Origin: Macrostomum hystrix
Taxonomy: Eukaryota; Animalia; Platyhelminthes
Length of the DNA stretch: 64,000 bases
NCBI GenBank assembly: GCA_950097015.1
Contig: CATNEN010000001.1
Coordinates: forward strand, 24,056,001-24,120,000
Reading direction: 5' to 3'
In this document: positions 43,547 to 57,900 of the stretch, in pieces
How positions within the stretch are numbered: position 1 is the first letter of the stretch
Layout: every line of letters begins with the position of its first letter
Made by a program: the position numbers and the translations under genes
Notes under the pieces: model-generated
What the model was told of the DNA's origin: nothing
What the model saw: only the letters and a program-made list of their open reading frames with translations
Database searches by the model: none

Positions 43547-44517
43547 TTGGGCGACTCTGGGGCTGTTCCTGGGCGACTCTGGGGGCTGTTCCTGGGCGAC
43601 TCTGGGGGCTGTTCTTGGGCGACTCTGGGGGCTGTTCCTGGGCGACTCTGGGGCTGTTTTATAGGGCGACTCTGGGGGCTGTTCTAGGGCGACTCTGGGG
43701 GCTGTTCTAGGGCGACTCTGGGGGCTGTTCCTGGGCGACTCTGGGGGCTGTTCCTGGGCGACTCTGGGGGCTGTTCCTGGGCGACTCTGGGGGCTGTTCC
43801 TGGGCGACTCTGCGGGCTGTTCCTGGGCGACTCTGGGGGCTGTTCCTGGGCGACTCTGGGGGCTGTTCCTGGGCGACTCTGGGGGCTGTTCTTGGGCGAC
43901 TCTGGGGCTGTTCCTGGGCGACTCTGGGGGCTGTTCCTGGGCGACTCTGGGGGCTGTTCTTGGGCGACTCTGGGGGCTGTTCCTGGGCGACTCTGGGGCT
44001 GTTTTATAGGGCGACTCTGGGGGCTGTTCCTGGGCGACTCTGGGGGCTGTTCTAGGGCGACTCTGGGGGCTGTTCCTGGGCGACTCTGGGGGCTGTTCCT
44101 GGGCGACTCTGGGGGCTGTTCCTGGGCGACTCTGGGGGCTGTTCCTGGGCGACTCTGCGGGCTGTTCCTGGGCGACTCTGGGGGCTGTTCCTGGGCGACT
44201 CTGGGGGGCTGTTCCTGGGCGACTCTGGGGGCTGTTCTAGGGCGACTCTGGGGGCTGTTCCTGGGCGACTCTGGGGGCTGTTCCTGGGCGACTCTGGGGG
44301 CTGTTCCTGGGCGACTCTGGGGGCTGTTCTAGGGCGACTCTGGGGGCTGTTCCTGGGCGACTCTGGGGGCTGTTCCTGGGCGACTCTGGGGCTGTTCCTG
44401 GGCGACTCTGGGGGCTGTTCCTGGGCGACTCTGGGACTGTTCCTGGGCGACTCTGGGGCTGTTCCTGGGCGACTCAGGGGGTGTTCCTGGGCGACTCTGG
44501 GGCTGTTCCTGGGCGAT
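43547..44517. repeat. 23-bp satellite, right half
   Basis: Same unit and orientation as 24186-25799; resumes in register after TSD TTGGGC. Confidence 0.97.
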
Positions 44518-44919
44518 ACAGGGACTTTTCATGACCGGCGGGCAATTAGGTACGAAAATTGATAAGAAAAATGTAGCACTCTGAATGTCCTACTTCTTCT
44601 GGTCCATCTGCTTCTGTGGCATTCCTGCCACCAGCTAGATCTAGTTTCTCGGAATCATCGACGTCACTGGCATTATCTTCGACATTCTGCCTACCTAGCT
44701 CCGCTTTGTAAACGCCAGCAGAGATGCGCTTGCACGCAGCCTTCATTGCCATGATGATGTTCATGACCTATGAGCATCGGGGTCGATGCTCATAGCACGG
44801 AAGTAGGCGCTGATGGCTTGCCGTTTTGCAGGCGACACGGCCGCAGTAGCGAGTCTGCGGACAATTTCACCGTCCCGATCGTCAACTACGGCCCCATCCT
44901 TCAACGACGATGACAATAC

Positions 44920-45655
44920 CAGAGTGTCAGGCCACCCCAATCCCAGAGTGTCAGCTCACTCCAATCCCAGAGTGACAGCTCACTCCAATCCAAGAGTGAC
45001 AGCTCACTCCAATCTCAGAGTGACAGCTCACTCCAATCCCAGAGTGTCAGCTCACTCCAATCCCAGAGTGACAGCTCACTCCAATCCAAGAGTGACAGCT
45101 CACTCCAATCTCAGAGTGACAGCTCACTCCAATCACAGAGTGACAGCTTACTCCAATCTCAGAGTGACAGCTCACTCCAATCTCAGAGTGTCAGCCCACT
45201 CCAATCTCAGAGTGACAGCTCACTCCAATCTCAGAGTGACAGCCCACTCCAATCCAAGACTGACAGCTCACTCCAATCTCAGAGTGACAACCCACTCCAA
45301 TCACAGAGTGACAGCTTACTTCAATCCCAGAGTGTCAACCCACTCCAATCCCAGAGTGACAGCTTACTTCAATCCCAGAGTGTCAGCCCACTCCAATCTC
45401 AGAGTGACAGCTCACTCCAATCTCAGAGTGACAGCTCACTCCAATCCAAGAGTGACAGCTCACTCCAATCTCAGAGTGACAGCTCACTCCAATCCAAGAG
45501 TGACAGCTCACTCCAATCTCAGAGTGACAGCTCACTCCAATCCAAGAGTGACAGCCCACTTCAATCTCAGAGTGACAGCTCACTCCAATCCAAGAGTGAC
45601 AGCTTACTCCAATCCCTGAGTGACAATGACAGTTGACTCCAAGAGTGACAGCTCA
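44920..45655. repeat. 24-bp minisatellite (AGAGTGACAGCTCACTCCAATCYC)n
   Basis: ~30 tandem copies; 8-aa period. Confidence 0.95.
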
Positions 45656-45970
45656 CTGCCATCTTCCTATATATTATAGATCCGATATAGAAAAAACATA
45701 ATACGCCTTTTTAGGGTTCTGTTGCAACTGTTGCTTCTGTTGAACTGATGATGTCCATCGAACAACTGGACGGCATATTGAAGGCCGTACGATCACGTAC
45801 GACTGAGCAGCAGTAATTACCGGCACTAACACTCCAGGCACCCACGATCTAAAAATAGAACAGCAGCCAAGTTTTACCACAAAAGTGATACAGAGCTCTC
45901 AACTGAGTAATTTGAGCTAAAAATAGTCACTACGAACCCGAAAAGTAGAAAAAAACCTTTCAATAAGTGA

Positions 45971-47484
<1,514 letters not shown>

Positions 47485-48399
47485 GCGCTTTTGCAGCTCT
47501 GTGAACTTTTGTGACTTCATGGCTGTCTTTTTGATGCACTGTACATTTGTAAATTCTTATCTGCTTTTGCATGTCTCGTTTCATCGGAATTATCTCTGAG
47601 CGCTTTTGCAGCTCTGTGAACAGACTTTCTGTTGCTGACTGTCAGAATGATGTACAGTTCTATCATTTGTAATTATGTGTTAGGCGAGAATGGTAAACTG
47701 AATTGTGACGCTTGCATCCTCATTGTTAATTCCGCAAACACGCTGTTTATTTAGAAATAAACTGCAGATTCTACTGCAACTTCTAACTATAAAGCCATCG
47801 ACCCAGTTCTCAGGTTATTCCCATGAGCCTCTTTAATTTTGTGTAAGGACAAGTAAGACATGCTAGTTCACGATCGCATGAAGTCACGAATGCAAACGAA
47901 GGTAGATTGTTATGTGAAGCCTCGTCTTTGTCAAGTGGAAGCAGTACAAGCAGTCAACGAGTGGTATCTTTCTTCGGAATCTTTACATATGCATTAGGTA
48001 AACCTATAATAGTAAATGTGGGATTATGTTTTACCGGGCTGTTGGAATGCAGGTACATTGTATCAAGGATCCGTAAATGTTTTATGAAAACTTTATTTTT
48101 GCTTTATGTCTATGGAATAAAAACCATCTAAAAATCTGGCAACTCTTAACACTCTACTCAACGATGACTACATTCAGTAGCATGATGGATCTTTATAATA
48201 AAATAAAGCCAAGAATAACCAAAAAGCCAATAAGAAGCGTTTTTTATTCCAACAGAGCCACGAAAAACCAGAGCAGAGACATTCGCGTCTATTTGCTGTT
48301 ACTAAAGCTCACATGCTCAACACGCCTCACAAGCAACAGACTAATAAATAAGCTTTCACGGGCAGGAGTTGCGTCAGTCAGGCAAGGCCCAAATTTGGC

Positions 48400-49134
48400 T
48401 CACTTGGCAGCGCTGGTGCTCTCGCGCATCGACTGGGAGCGGGATCGCTTGCGCTCCGCCTTGCGCTCCCTGGCCTCCTTGGCGCGCTGGCCGATCAGCT
48501 TGGCGTACTCGGCGGCCTCCTCGCGCTTCTTGGTGGCTCGACGGCGCTTGAGGGCCACGCGGTGACGCTTGCGCTGCAGCACAATGGGCGTGACGAGGCG
48601 CTGGATCTTGGGCGCCTTGGTGCGCTCCGGCTTGCCCTCCTTGGTCTTCTTCTTCTGCCGGATGACGTAGGAGCGGACGTCGTCCTTCTTAGTCAGCTGG
48701 AACATGCGGCGGATGTTGGAGGCGCGCTTCGGTCCCAGACGCCGGGGCACGGTGGTGTCAGTGAGGCCGGGAATCTCTTCAGGACCCTTGCGCACAATGA
48801 CCAAGCTCAGCACGGCCAGGTTGGAGTCCACAATGCAGCCGCGGACGGATTTGCGCTTGCGCTCACCGGTGCGCCGGGGCTTGTAGCAGGAGTGGCCGGC
48901 AGACAGCAGCAGGCGGACGCGGCCGTTGGTCAGGACGCCCTGCTTCATGGGGAAGCCCTGCTTGTCGTTGCCGCCGCTGATGCGTACAACGTAGCCCTTC
49001 CACTCCTCGCCCAGACTGTCGGCTGGCACCTCGGCTGACATCCGTTTCTCAAAGAACGGCGTCAGCTTCTTGATGTCGTCCACTTCGAAGCATTTCTGCG
49101 AGCCTGCAGTCGGGAAGCTGACGTTGATCTTCAT
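48400..49134 (-). CDS. RPS6: 40S ribosomal protein S6 (eS6), single coding exon
   Basis: MKINVSFP...[16 protein letters not shown]...[11 protein letters not shown]...[10 protein letters not shown]...[11 protein letters not shown]; C-terminal RSRSQS phospho-region. Confidence 0.97.
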   Translation of the reverse strand: MKINVSFPTAGSQKCFEVDDIKKLTPFFEKRMSAEVPADSLGEEWKGYVVRISGGNDKQGFPMKQGVLTNGRVRLLLSAGHSCYKPRRTGERKRKSVRGCIVDSNLAVLSLVIVRKGPEEIPGLTDTTVPRRLGPKRASNIRRMFQLTKKDDVRSYVIRQKKKTKEGKPERTKAPKIQRLVTPIVLQRKRHRVALKRRRATKKREEAAEYAKLIGQRAKEARERKAERKRSRSQSMRESTSAAK

Positions 49135-52100
49135 CAGGATGGAGCTAGTTGAGACGGTTGCACTGAAATATTAGAATAACATTTCTGAAAGTCAGTCACT
49201 TGTTCTGTTTAGGTTTTTATGCTATGATAATAAAAAGCAAATTTTTAACATGCATAATATGTGTAAGCTAACATTGAAAATACTTATTTTTGAAAGCATA
49301 GTTACCATAAGTTTTCATATTTTTGCTTGATACATTTATTCTTATTTCAGATAATATTGGCAATCAAATTCAAACTGACAAGCTGTAGTTGTAGTTAACA
49401 AAATATAAGAAATCTGAGTTGTGTTTTACTACATAAAAGACTAGATTTTAGAGGACTAATTACAACCAAATAAGTTGCTAGATATTAACAGTACTGACTT
49501 TTGGCAATCACAGAGGCAAAGCAAAATTTAACAAGCTTAAGAGCACTATATTAAAGACTCTAGTCATCATTTGCACATGACCAATAATTGACCATGGTGC
49601 TGCACTAGTCTTCCCTTATACTATTTAACTATTTTAATGGCTACCTAAAGTAATTTCCCCATTTTTAACTTTTTAGCCTATCTGGGTCAAATTTTCAATG
49701 GCTAGAAGCCTTAGCCAGAACACTAACAACACAACGAGTAATAGTCACCAAATCATACAAAAATTGTCAAGGGTCAGTAGTGCAAGTTCAAGCTAAGGGC
49801 AACACAAGGCACCTACAATGTCTAAGAACTATCTCAATGAGTACCTAGACTCTATATTTCTATAATAACAATACTCTAAAAACAATTGCTTGTTTGTTTG
49901 CATATTAGCTAGGTATTGTTGCATATTTACTAATTTTTAATTGTCATTTGACAAATTTGTGTTTATTTACTACATTTTATGATTTGTTTGTTTGAATTAG
50001 CATAATAACTTAAGTAAAAATAAGCATATGACAATAAAAAGTATATTTTGAACTATAAGTTTAATTAAAAAGCAGAAAAGAGCAGTATAGTCATGTAACA
50101 GGGCTTATGACTACTTTTCTCTCTCTTGGTAGCATATCTCTTGGCACGAGTGGTTTATCCTTCTTTGGCACTGACTTCTTATTCTCCTGTCTTTGCTAGA
50201 CATTTTTTCTGGATCGGAGGGTCACAGCCTCAAATAAACTCAACTCAACACTTGAACACCTTATTCAGTTATATCTTATTTGTTTTTCACCATGTTGCTT
50301 TGTATCACAGGAATTGCACTCTTTTATATACACAAAAAGGTTTGTTAAAATGAATGAATTTGACAGAAAATTTTACATGTAAAAATATTTAGTGCATTTA
50401 AACAAAGAGCATAGGTTCGAATCTGACTTTTTAAAAGTGATAAAAGCATCCCTACTATAGTCAATAGAAAATAAAATAAAGCCTAGGCAAGAGTGCAAAA
50501 AAATCTAAACAGTTTTCCAAAATTGTTGGTGAAAACTATCTGCAAATGATTACGGACAGTTTCACCGCAAGTAAATTTAGCATTTGAGTTTAGAAAACTC
50601 AAATTAGAAAACTGTCAGTGGAAACTGTCAGTGAAACTGTTAGTGAACTGGCACAAGTTATACTCTTAATTAAAGCAGCAATAGAAATAGCAACAGAATT
50701 GTAACAGTTGCTAAACTTCAAAAGTTGTAAATATATGCACCAAGACAAAGCTGATGGGCATCATTTGATGCTTGCTTTTCTATTATATTTGTATTTCAAA
50801 CTTTCATATTTAAATTGAATTAGCCTCACCCTCTCCTTTTGACTATCAGATTTTGATCTGTTGTTCTTCTGACCAGTTTCCTTGAATTTGCTCCAGCTAG
50901 GCCTAACAAAGATATAGTAGGCAAACTTCAGGAAACGAATGAAAGAAAATAGATTTGTTCAAACTTAAAGTTACAGATACAAACTGACAGATAAGCAGGC
51001 TCTTGTGACCTCAACATATAGACTCTAGCTAATCCTCATACTAGGCAAGGCCTAATAGCTAAGCTATGTGATAGGCCTACTTGACTTGATTTAGGTAGTA
51101 AAAAATATAAATCCACTTCCCTAATCCATTTCTATCCCATCAACTTCTCTTAACCTAATACTAATACACAAGTTTCAACTCAAAGTGTAATTATTAAATT
51201 AATAAGGCCTTGAAAGACCTACAACAAGATCAGGGACAGGAAGTACTATACATATTTTGAGATTATAAGCAAATTAAAATCTATAATCTGTACGCATTTT
51301 AATAATTTACAGAAAATAAAGTATAAAGAATTAAGTTACGCAGCTTTTTTTAATCTGAGAGAACTCAGCTTGAGTATCTATGAGAACTCATACTGAGGAT
51401 TAATGAGAAAAAATAAAAGACTGTTTCAATACGCATGTAGTGCGGCTGGAAATGTTCTTTTAAAATTGCGCTAAATATTTAATTGTTGCTATACAGTAAC
51501 TATAGCGATTGCAAATAACATTATTATGTTATTAATTTCTACTTTTATGACCCTTGAAAATAATGCAAATATTAATTATAAATTATTTTAATCGTTGTCT
51601 AATTAAAATATAATCGCACCAGTTTGAAAAGCGCGCTGCAATCGATTGTAAGTGTAAGGCGCGGCGCGGCGTGTAAACTGAAGACGTTAAATTGCTGTAG
51701 TAAAACTGTTTAAATTCGCGACCTTCAAACCCAGTTATACTACACGCAACTAAATTTGAATTCTTTGGCGTAAAAAGATGTTATTTGTTAATGACAATCT
51801 ATTTTTTCATTTAAAGTAGTTTAATTGTATTTTTTAGCTACTTCAATGTTTTCTATAATAGCTACTATTGCTACGTGCATTATAATTTTGTTTTACTCTC
51901 TTTACGTGTGACGGTGTCACAGTGTAAAAACTCTTATTTTGTTTTACTCTTTTCGTCGAAGTGATAGATAGATTATGTATATGTATGTGTAATTATGTAT
52001 ATGTATTATATGTATATATCTAGATTTCATTTTTGAAGCCATCTCTCTCCCCACGCCGAGCTCGCGCTACAACCATTTCTTTCCATTTTAACTTTTCACC

Positions 52101-52313
52101 GCCTCGCTGCATACGTCCCTTAAATTATAATACCATTCAAATAAATTCGTCATTTAATAGTTTTCTAAAAACAAACAATCGCTACACCAAAACAGTATCG
52201 CTTCTACTTCGTCACACACGTATTGTTTTAAATCTTAGGGTTCATTTTTACCTAGCTGAGCCCTGTATATTGAGCTTTCGTGATTTATATTATATATATA
52301 TTTATTTATTTAT

Positions 52314-52350
<37 letters not shown>

Positions 52351-52915
52351 CAAGGTGCTCATTAAATATGCTCAGTTATTACAATTCGAAAGTGATCATA
52401 GACTGAAACTCTTGTTGTTATTAAGTCTGGGCCATGACTCCACAATCCGGGAGGCTAAGCCCCGTGCGTCAGCCGAATTGCTCTTGCACCATGATTTATT
52501 TTGACAAATGCGAAAAAAATAATAAAAAAACTATCGATATAGGTTATTTGAGTAAAATTGCTATTGTTCAGATTATTTTACGACATAATATTGGATATTT
52601 AAAAGTCATTGGTTGGGCATGCATTCCGTGAGTATAATGTAAAAGTAAAACAGGGTGCAGCATTCCTTGCGTAGATAAGTATAGTATAGAAGAAAGTAGG
52701 ATAATTCTGCTTCGTGCTTTTCCATCCTATTTATAGTTCCGCCCGCATATACGATGTAATATAACTGCCCAATGATAACAAGTTATATTGAAATAAATAT
52801 CAATACGAATAGGCTGTATAGGAATATCATGCTGATTTCATATTGTGTCTGTAATAAATACTGTCTTTAAACAAATGTTATGTAAGCTACTTTTTTGAGA
52901 CGCGACGTCGACTGT

Positions 52916-53545
52916 TCATTTTCCGTACCCATTGGGGCAATTCTTTATTTCGCAAGTCTCGTCCGCGGGATTGTAGGCGCAGCGGGAATCGCACAGGTAC
53001 TTTTTGGCACACTCGCCGCCGATCGTGTCGTTCCTGCCTATCCTGTTCGCCTCCTGGTCAAGGTCTGAGTCGGCGCCACCTCCCTGGCAACGCTCGCGAC
53101 AGTCGCTGCAATTGCAATCGATCATGATCACAAAACTTAGCATATTGATTGGTTGAAATCGATTAAAATGACATCAAACTCAGTTTGGGCCAAAGCTGCA
53201 GTTCAGTCCATGGACTGGACTAAAAGGTCAATTGCTCACGGGTACACTATTTTTTCCATTGTAATTACAGCCTAATCCTAAGATGAGCACAAAAGCTCAT
53301 CTGGTTATGTACGCTGCAGGAACACCGCCGGTAATCACATAAATTACATTTATTACCCGTCTGCCCCTTGCATTTACAATTCACCTGATTTTCGTGGCGC
53401 TGGCGAACCTCCTAGACCAGTCGCGGTCGTTGCAGACGTTCACAGCCCAGTAGTTACCGATGCAGTGAAAATAGTGGTCGCAGTTGAGGCAGTTCTCTTT
53501 CCGCATCAGCTTGTAGGCCTTTTTAAGCATATGCCCGGCGCAGGT
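52916..53545 (-). CDS. Cys-rich serum amyloid A (SAA)-like protein, last two exons (53545-53385, 53105-52916); first exon not located
   Basis: Spliced: KAYKLMRKENCLNCDHYFHCIGNYWA...TKISDCRE...ADSDLDQEANRIGR aligns by eye with SAA AY.DMREAN...DKYFHARGNYDA...ISDARE...DS.ADQ.AN.WGR; phase-2 GT-AG junction. Confidence 0.7.
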
Positions 53546-53614
53546 CTTGTGGTGGGGTTTAGAACAGTTAAAATAATAAAATAATAACAAAGTTTTGTTT
53601 AGAACAAAATGGCA

Positions 53615-54145
53615 TCTCATCTCTCGTCTCATGACGTCTCATCTGTCCAGTCACGTATCTCCCCTGTCTCTTATCTCCCCTGTCTCATCTCCCCTGTCTC
53701 ATCTGTCCTGTCTCTCATCTCCCCTGTCTCATCTGTCCTGTCTCTTATCTCCCCTGTCTCATATCTCACCTGTCCCATATCTCCCCTGTCTCTTATCTCC
53801 CCTGTCTCATCTGTCCCCTGTCTCATCTGTCCTGTCTCTTATCTCCCCTGTCTCATCTGTCCCCTGTCTCATCTGTCCTGTCTCTTATCTCCCCTGTCTC
53901 ATCTGTCCTGTCTCTTATCTCCCCTGTCTCATCTGTCCCCTGTCTCATCTGTCCTGTCTCTTATCTCCCCTGTCTCATATCTCCCCTGTCTCTTATCTCA
54001 CCTGTCTCATATCTCCCCTGTCTCATATCTCACCTGTCCCATATCTCACCTTCTCATATCTCCCCTGTCTCATATCTCACCTGTCCCATATCTCACCTTC
54101 TCATATTTCCCCTGTCTCATATCTCCCCTGTCTCATATCACACCT
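53615..54145. repeat. CT-rich degenerate minisatellite (CTCATCTGTCC/ATCTCCCCTGT units)
   Basis: Tandem low-complexity array. Confidence 0.9.
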
Positions 54146-54936
54146 GTCCGCTGCTGTCTCCTCGGTTCTCTCTCAAAAGGTGTAGAATCAAAAAATTAAA
54201 CTAATAATTTCTATTCAACTTATTAATCGAAAGCGGAGACTTTAAAAAGAAAGATAAAGCATAATCTGAGACAGCTTGCCTGTCAGCAGACCTGTATATC
54301 TGTGCACTTTTAGCCTTGGAGCATTGTGTATTATACATTAGCATCAAAATACAAAAAATAATGTAACACAAAAATCAGCACAAGCAAGCAGGCTATGAGT
54401 TCAGTTTAAGTTGCAAATTGAACTCAATTAGGAAACTGAATAACAAAATTAGTAAATAATGATGTAGGCAATGGCTGGTCTCAAACATAGCTACTAAGTA
54501 CAAAGTGATAGCGTATAACAAAGCTAAGCATAGACTAAATCATCAATTATACTCATACATTACTCATTGCTTTCAGGCAGTCAACGGAAATGAGAACTGT
54601 ATGTGAAGCCAAGGCTAAGTGGCAGGTACTCGTAGTTTTTACTTAACAGTGACATAGAGGCATGAGTAGATAAGCTATAAGCTATAAAAAAGCATCTAAA
54701 TGAACTTAAAAAACTTATCTTTAAGGAAGTTCCAAATTTATGAAGAACTCCAAATTCACTACAGCCATGGAAGTGTTTGAATGGGAACCACTTATTTCAT
54801 TAAATCCTAACAGGTAAACAGCCGGAGTAACTATACCTGTTTCTACTATTAAAGTGCCTCGTCATCTAATTAGTACACAGCAAATCAGGATCCCATCCAG
54901 TTTGAAAACATCTTTGATCAGGTGCCATAAAATAGT

Positions 54937-57900
54937 TTAACTGAGCTCAAACCCGCTGTTAGAGTCCACAGCCATCATAAGCTTCTGCCGCAGTATCTCC
55001 GGATCTCGATAATCCGGCAGTTTGAGCAGGTTGATGCAGGTGCTGGCGGAGGGCAGCCGGTCGGTCTCTGGCACCAGCACGAGGGTGAAGGGCGGCTGCA
55101 GCTCGCGCCAGCCGTACAGCGGCGCCCGGGTCAGCGAGGTGACGAAGCGCAAAACGGCGCGCCGCTGCCGCTCGTTGAACTCGTCCAGCATGAGGCGCCA
55201 GAAGGCGGCCACGGTTTCAGATTCGGCGCTGCAGTTCTGGTACTGGGCGTGCCGGCGAAGGTCCAGGACGTCGATCGGACTGTCCGAGCCGCTGATGAGC
55301 AGCTGCAGCTCGCTATGCGAGAAGAAGGCCAGCCAATCCGGGCAGGGGATGACAGACACCAGGCCCTGGGCGAAGGCCTGAGTCTGCGCCGCGGTCTGTC
55401 GGCGGAGCCTGTAGTCGGCCAGCAGCAGCTGGTACTCGCTGACATTGTCCGGTGTCACCCGGATGCTGCAGCCGTCCGGCTTGAGTTCTACAGTCTCGGA
55501 GCGGCCCAGCCGATCCTCGGACAGGCTGAAGTCCAGCTCCATGGCTTCCAGATCTTCGGCGCTGGCCGAGCTTAAAGCTAGTACGTTTCTGCAAGGAAAA
55601 TGTTGTTTTTCGATACATATCGTCGCCAGATTTTTTACGTACGACAATGCTTTGAAGCAGAAAGACAATTTTTTATAAATATTGACGCAATTCAATTTTA
55701 TTTACACATTGGCAGAATACATACTTTTATACAGGTCAGCACTGTCCTGTCCTGTTCTCTCCTGAATTCAATTCTTTGATCTATAGTTTTCGATACATAT
55801 CGGCTCGTAGTGACTAGATTGATACATTTATGCATTTATGGATGCAATCTGCTCAGGAATCACGTGATAGATAGAATCCTCCCAGGAATCGCACTAAGAG
55901 GTGAAATCGATTTAGGAATCGCACTAAGATGTGGAATCGGCCCAGGAATCGCACTAAAAAGGTGGAATCGGCTTAGGAATCGCACTAAGATGTGGAATAT
56001 GCCCAGGGATCGCACTGATAGATTGAATCTGCCCAGGAATCGCACTAAAGAGGTGTAATCAACTTAGGAATCGCACTAAGATGTGGAATCTGCCCAAAGA
56101 TCGCACTGATAGATTGAATCTGCCCAGGAATCGCACTAAAGAAGTGGAATCGGCTATGGAATCGCATCTGGCATTGTAAAGGAGGAGCACTCACTTGTAG
56201 AGGTCGGCATCCAGTTCGGCCAATTCGTCGATGCTGGCCGCGGCTCGCTGCTGGGCGTCTCTGGACGACCCGCTGGCGTAGATGATCACTCGGCGAAGGA
56301 AAAACGGCGCAAGCGGCAGGTCGATGAGCAGTCGTTCGAACAGCAGCTTGCCCAGCAGGCGGCCGTGAAAATAATAGTGCGACGCGTACTCTGAGTTGAT
56401 GGCCGCGCTCAGCGGGTTGGGGTACAGGGCTCCGCTGCTGGTCTGGCTGTAGAACCCGCGCTGCGGATCGAATGCGGCCGACAGCACCAGGGCGAGGAAC
56501 TCGCGCATCAGGCCGCCGCCGTCGATGCCCGCCTCCTGGGAATACCCGGCGTGGGGTGGTTGCGACATGGGGATTTCCAATTCAGGATTGGGGATATGGG
56601 ATCTGTAACAAAGGGGCTATAATGGGTAAAGAGTAGATAGCAAATGAATAAGTGCTTAGGAGAAGGGATCCGTGAGGCGATGGGGAGAAAATAGAATGGG
56701 ATCTATGTGGCGGTCGGTGGCAGAGCAGTCATCGCGTTTGCCTCTCGCACCAAGGTCCCTAAGTTCGATTCCACGGCGAGGCCACATTTATTTGGGGCGC
56801 AGCCGCGGAGAGAAGGCTTTGGGGGCTTGTCGTGCAATTTACGCCCCTTGAGGGCCAACCTCCAAGGCACAGTGAGAGTGTACACTGCCTGACGATGAGA
56901 AAGTCAGGGCAGATGTACACACCTGTGTGAGCGTGTGCCTGGATACGGTATTTGTGTGCTCAGGAGTCAGCGAAATGGGCAGAATTGCCTCCTCGCTGGC
57001 TGCGGGTCTAGTGTCACCAAATCATGTGCCATTGCCAGCAGCCCTCCTACAATTATTATTATCATTATTTTATGGGATCTATGTGGGAATAGGGGAGAGG
57101 ATGGGATGTGGAATCTGATTGATATTAGAGGTGAGAATGTGCTGTGAATCTTGCGATAGGATATTAAAAAGATAAAATGTTGGGTCTGAGACAGAATAGG
57201 GAGAAAATTGGAGGTAGGTAGGTGCGGCAAATCATCTGGTGATTTCATCCGGAACAGAGTCCAGTGTTCATCAGCAAATAACAGATTTAATCTATTTTAG
57301 TCGTTGCTCTACTATAAATTTGCTAATTTGAAAGACTTTAAAATCTATATAAAACCTGTCAATAGCTGTCCATGGGACTGCATAACTAGTAAACATGACT
57401 AGTCGGCGCACTAGGCATTCTAAACTAAATGAAATATAGTTTAGATTACACAACAATAAACTAGCTATTAGTGTAAGGCTTCTTGACATAAATAGAAATA
57501 AGACGCTTACAATTTACTAAATTGATTATATCTACGAGTAACTATAGAACAGAAGGCTCGAAAATATTTACTGGGAATAAATCAAGTAACTCTATTGTCG
57601 GCAATACGCCTAATCAAGGCTAGCCAGAGAGAATCACAATAGATTTCAAAGTGATTCTCTTTGACGAACTTTAATAATTATAGCTTAACAGTAGGACAAC
57701 CAAGCCATTTTGATTCCCCTAATTATAGCTTAACAGTAGGACTACCAAGCCATTTTGATTCCCCTAATTATAGCTTAACAGTAGGACTACCAAGCCATTT
57801 TGATTCCCCTAATTATAGCTTAACAGTAGGACTACCAAGCCATTTTGATTCCCCTAATTATAGCTTAACAGTAGGACTACCAAGCCGTTTTGATTCCCCT

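Noticed and set aside
44546-44920. Coding-like GC-rich segment between two satellites
   Set aside because: Short, interrupted by a stop, no recognisable homology
56709-56785. tRNA gene
   Set aside because: Has A/B boxes but no convincing cloverleaf, and continues into a repeated SINE body
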